DNA of 64,000 nucleotides from an uncultured Alphaproteobacteria bacterium (GTDB lineage Bacteria; Pseudomonadota; Alphaproteobacteria; Rhizobiales; Xanthobacteraceae): NCBI GenBank assembly GCA_963810585.1, contig CAWENV010000001.1, positions 232,596 to 296,595 of the forward strand, read 5' to 3'. Shown piece by piece: positions 62,314 to 64,000 of this stretch (position 1 is its first letter; each line of letters starts with the position of its first letter). The notes under the pieces were generated by a model. It saw only the letters and a program-made list of their open reading frames with translations, ran no database searches and was not told where the DNA came from. The position numbers and the translations under genes were made by a program.

Positions 62314-62976
62314 CTAGTGCCCTAGCGCCGCGAGCTCGGCGTTTTTACGAACAAGCTCCTGTTCGAGCCGATTGATATTCTCGAAAAGACGCTCGCTTGT
62401 CAGCCGCAGAAAATAAAATCCAAACTGCGGGTTTTGAAAATAGAGTTCTTTCACCTGCTGATAAGTCGCCGTCAGTACTGAACCATCTTCGATACATTCG
62501 ATCGTCTGTGTGCGTCTGTTATCCGGCGCCAAAAGCCCGAGATCACCAAATACCTGACCAGCCGGGATTTCGATACCTATTTCGCGAAGACGATATCGAC
62601 CAGTCACGCTGTAATACATCGCTTCCGCTAAGTCTCCCTTACGGAAGACAACATCACCCTTGCGGAAACTAAGGTTGGACATAAAGGGCTTCAACCAGTC
62701 GATCGACGTTTCGCCATATGAGGCCGCAGCTTCAACGTCCTGGATCAGTTTTCGCATTTGTTGCAACCGCACCGTGTTGAGCGGCAGCAAAATGAGATTC
62801 AATATAAGCGTCGGATATATTCCGGTGAAAAATCCATAGACAATGAAGAGCGCGTTGCAAGTCATGCTGACAACGCGCAAGGGAATCATGGTTTTCATGG
62901 CGCACGTGACGATGCTCGACACGACCGCCGCGTAGCCAAACCACATGGGCCATTCGGTGTGCTTGAGAAATTCCAT
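62314..62976 (-). CDS. Membrane protein with N-terminal TM hairpins and a cyclic-nucleotide-binding domain
   Basis: MKTMIPLR, YGFF..YPTLIL..LPLNTVRL; VFRKGD, GQVFGDLGLL..RRTQTIEC. ATG 62976 with RBS. Confidence 0.85.
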   Translation of the reverse strand: MEFLKHTEWPMWFGYAAVVSSIVTCAMKTMIPLRVVSMTCNALFIVYGFFTGIYPTLILNLILLPLNTVRLQQMRKLIQDVEAAASYGETSIDWLKPFMSNLSFRKGDVVFRKGDLAEAMYYSVTGRYRLREIGIEIPAGQVFGDLGLLAPDNRRTQTIECIEDGSVLTATYQQVKELYFQNPQFGFYFLRLTSERLFENINRLEQELVRKNAELAALGH

Positions 62977-63169
62977 GCGCCTTCCCCACCTCGATCTGTC
63001 TTCGCCCCGCTTTAGCTGCCGACCACAGAGCCCACGAACCCAATTGCCGGCCGGCGCAAACTTAGCAGCGCCTTGGCGTTTTCCGAAGCGGGGAGTAGTT
63101 TCAAATGGATGAACCTCCTGAACCATGAGACTTTCGCGTAGTGCAGGGCTTTGAGCCAAGGACCAATGG

Positions 63170-64000
63170 ATGGCCGAGTGGCGAATCGTAGTTGTCGGAG
63201 GCGGGATCGGAGGCCTGTTTGCCGCGAAAGCGCTGATCGCCCATGGCTTCCAAGTGTTGGTCTACGAACAGGCTCCCATCCTCAGCGAGGTCGGCGCCGG
63301 TGTATTTTTGACGCCGAACAGCGTGCGCCAACTGCAGCGTGTGGGCTTAGGGCCGGCCGTAGAGCGATGGGGAGCCAGAGTCGGCCCAGAATCCCGATAC
63401 TTCCGTCACGACGGCGCCCCAATCGCCCCCGTTCAGGTCACCAATTCCTCGGGTTGGAACGCGACATTCGGCATGCACCGAGCCGACCTCGTCGAGTTCT
63501 TGGCGGCCGCCCTGCCAGCGGGGATCGTGCATACCGGGCATCGATGCACTGGCTTTGAACAGGACCGAGAAAAGGCTCGGGTGTCTTTCGCGAATGGAAC
63601 ATGTTGTTGAAGCCGATCTTGTCATCGGCGCGGACGGTATCCACTCGGATCTTCGACCGCACGTATTTCCTCCTTCCAATCCGGTTTTCTCCGGCTCGAT
63701 CGCCTATCGGGGCGTGGTCTCGCATAAACTCATTCCGCGCTGGCCCACCAACGCGTGGCTGATGTGGCTCGGCAAGGGCAAGCATTTTCTCACATTCCCC
63801 GTCCGCGCTGGCGAACTCATCAACTACGTCGGATTTGTGCCGGCGGACCAGGAGATGAAGGAATCGTGGTCGGCCCCTGGCGATCCCGATTTGCTTCGCC
63901 TGGAATTCAACGGCTGGGACCCACGTATCGAGTCGCTTTTGCAGCAAGTCCAAACAACGTTCCGCTGGGCTCTCTATGATCGTGAGCCGCTGGAAACTTG
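63170..64000 (+). CDS. FAD-dependent monooxygenase (salicylate-hydroxylase-like), +1 frameshift at about 63604, runs off the right edge
   Basis: VVGGGIGGL, EVGAG, MHRADL. Removing one T gives VEADLVIGADGIHS..FSGSIAYRG..WALYDREPL. Confidence 0.88.

Noticed and set aside
1-64000. CRISPR arrays, tRNA/rRNA genes, transposases, integrases and prophage genes
   Set aside because: No regularly spaced repeats, RNA gene signatures or mobile-element motifs were seen by eye; a covariance-model scan would be needed to exclude small ncRNAs.

Overview
Chromosomal region of an alphaproteobacterium. The gene content points to Hyphomicrobiales, Xanthobacteraceae/Nitrobacteraceae-like; this is inference. (1) 1-25.4 kb: a Wzx/Wzy-dependent surface or exo-polysaccharide locus. 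It encodes an acyltransferase, a Wzy-like polymerase, 3 GT2, 2 GT4, 3 SAM methyltransferases, Wzx, a Tat-exported beta-helix protein, an epimerase, rmlBDAC, an RfaH/NusG paralogue, Wzc, an OM beta-barrel, Wza and a divergent priming sugar transferase. (2) 25.9-44.5 kb: a hopanoid cluster with a second MMPL transporter, small secreted proteins, hpnN, dxs-ispH-hpnH, a Spy/CpxP-like protein and hpnB-C-D-E-shc. (3) 44.7-64 kb: a mixed accessory and signalling region. It holds a TcuA-like flavoprotein, DoxX, DUF2336, a Cache-PAS-GGDEF-EAL protein, Crp, a small protein plus an animal-type heme peroxidase, a SAM-cyclase-AAA-TPR gene broken by one TGA, a TRAP solute-binding protein, a heme-oxygenase-like diiron enzyme, several tiny proteins (two PilZ), a cNMP-binding membrane protein and an FAD monooxygenase. 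The best candidate for an undescribed system is the pair at 52.3-54.3 kb: a 125-aa protein with a nitrile-hydratase-leader-like (NHLP) N-terminus and a Trp/His/Tyr-rich tail, directly followed by a cytoplasmic heme peroxidase. This may be a peroxidase-modified RiPP. Six +1 frameshifts in short homopolymers look like sequencing artefacts. No rRNA, tRNA, CRISPR array or mobile element was recognised. All family assignments come from motif recognition by eye; no database search was run.
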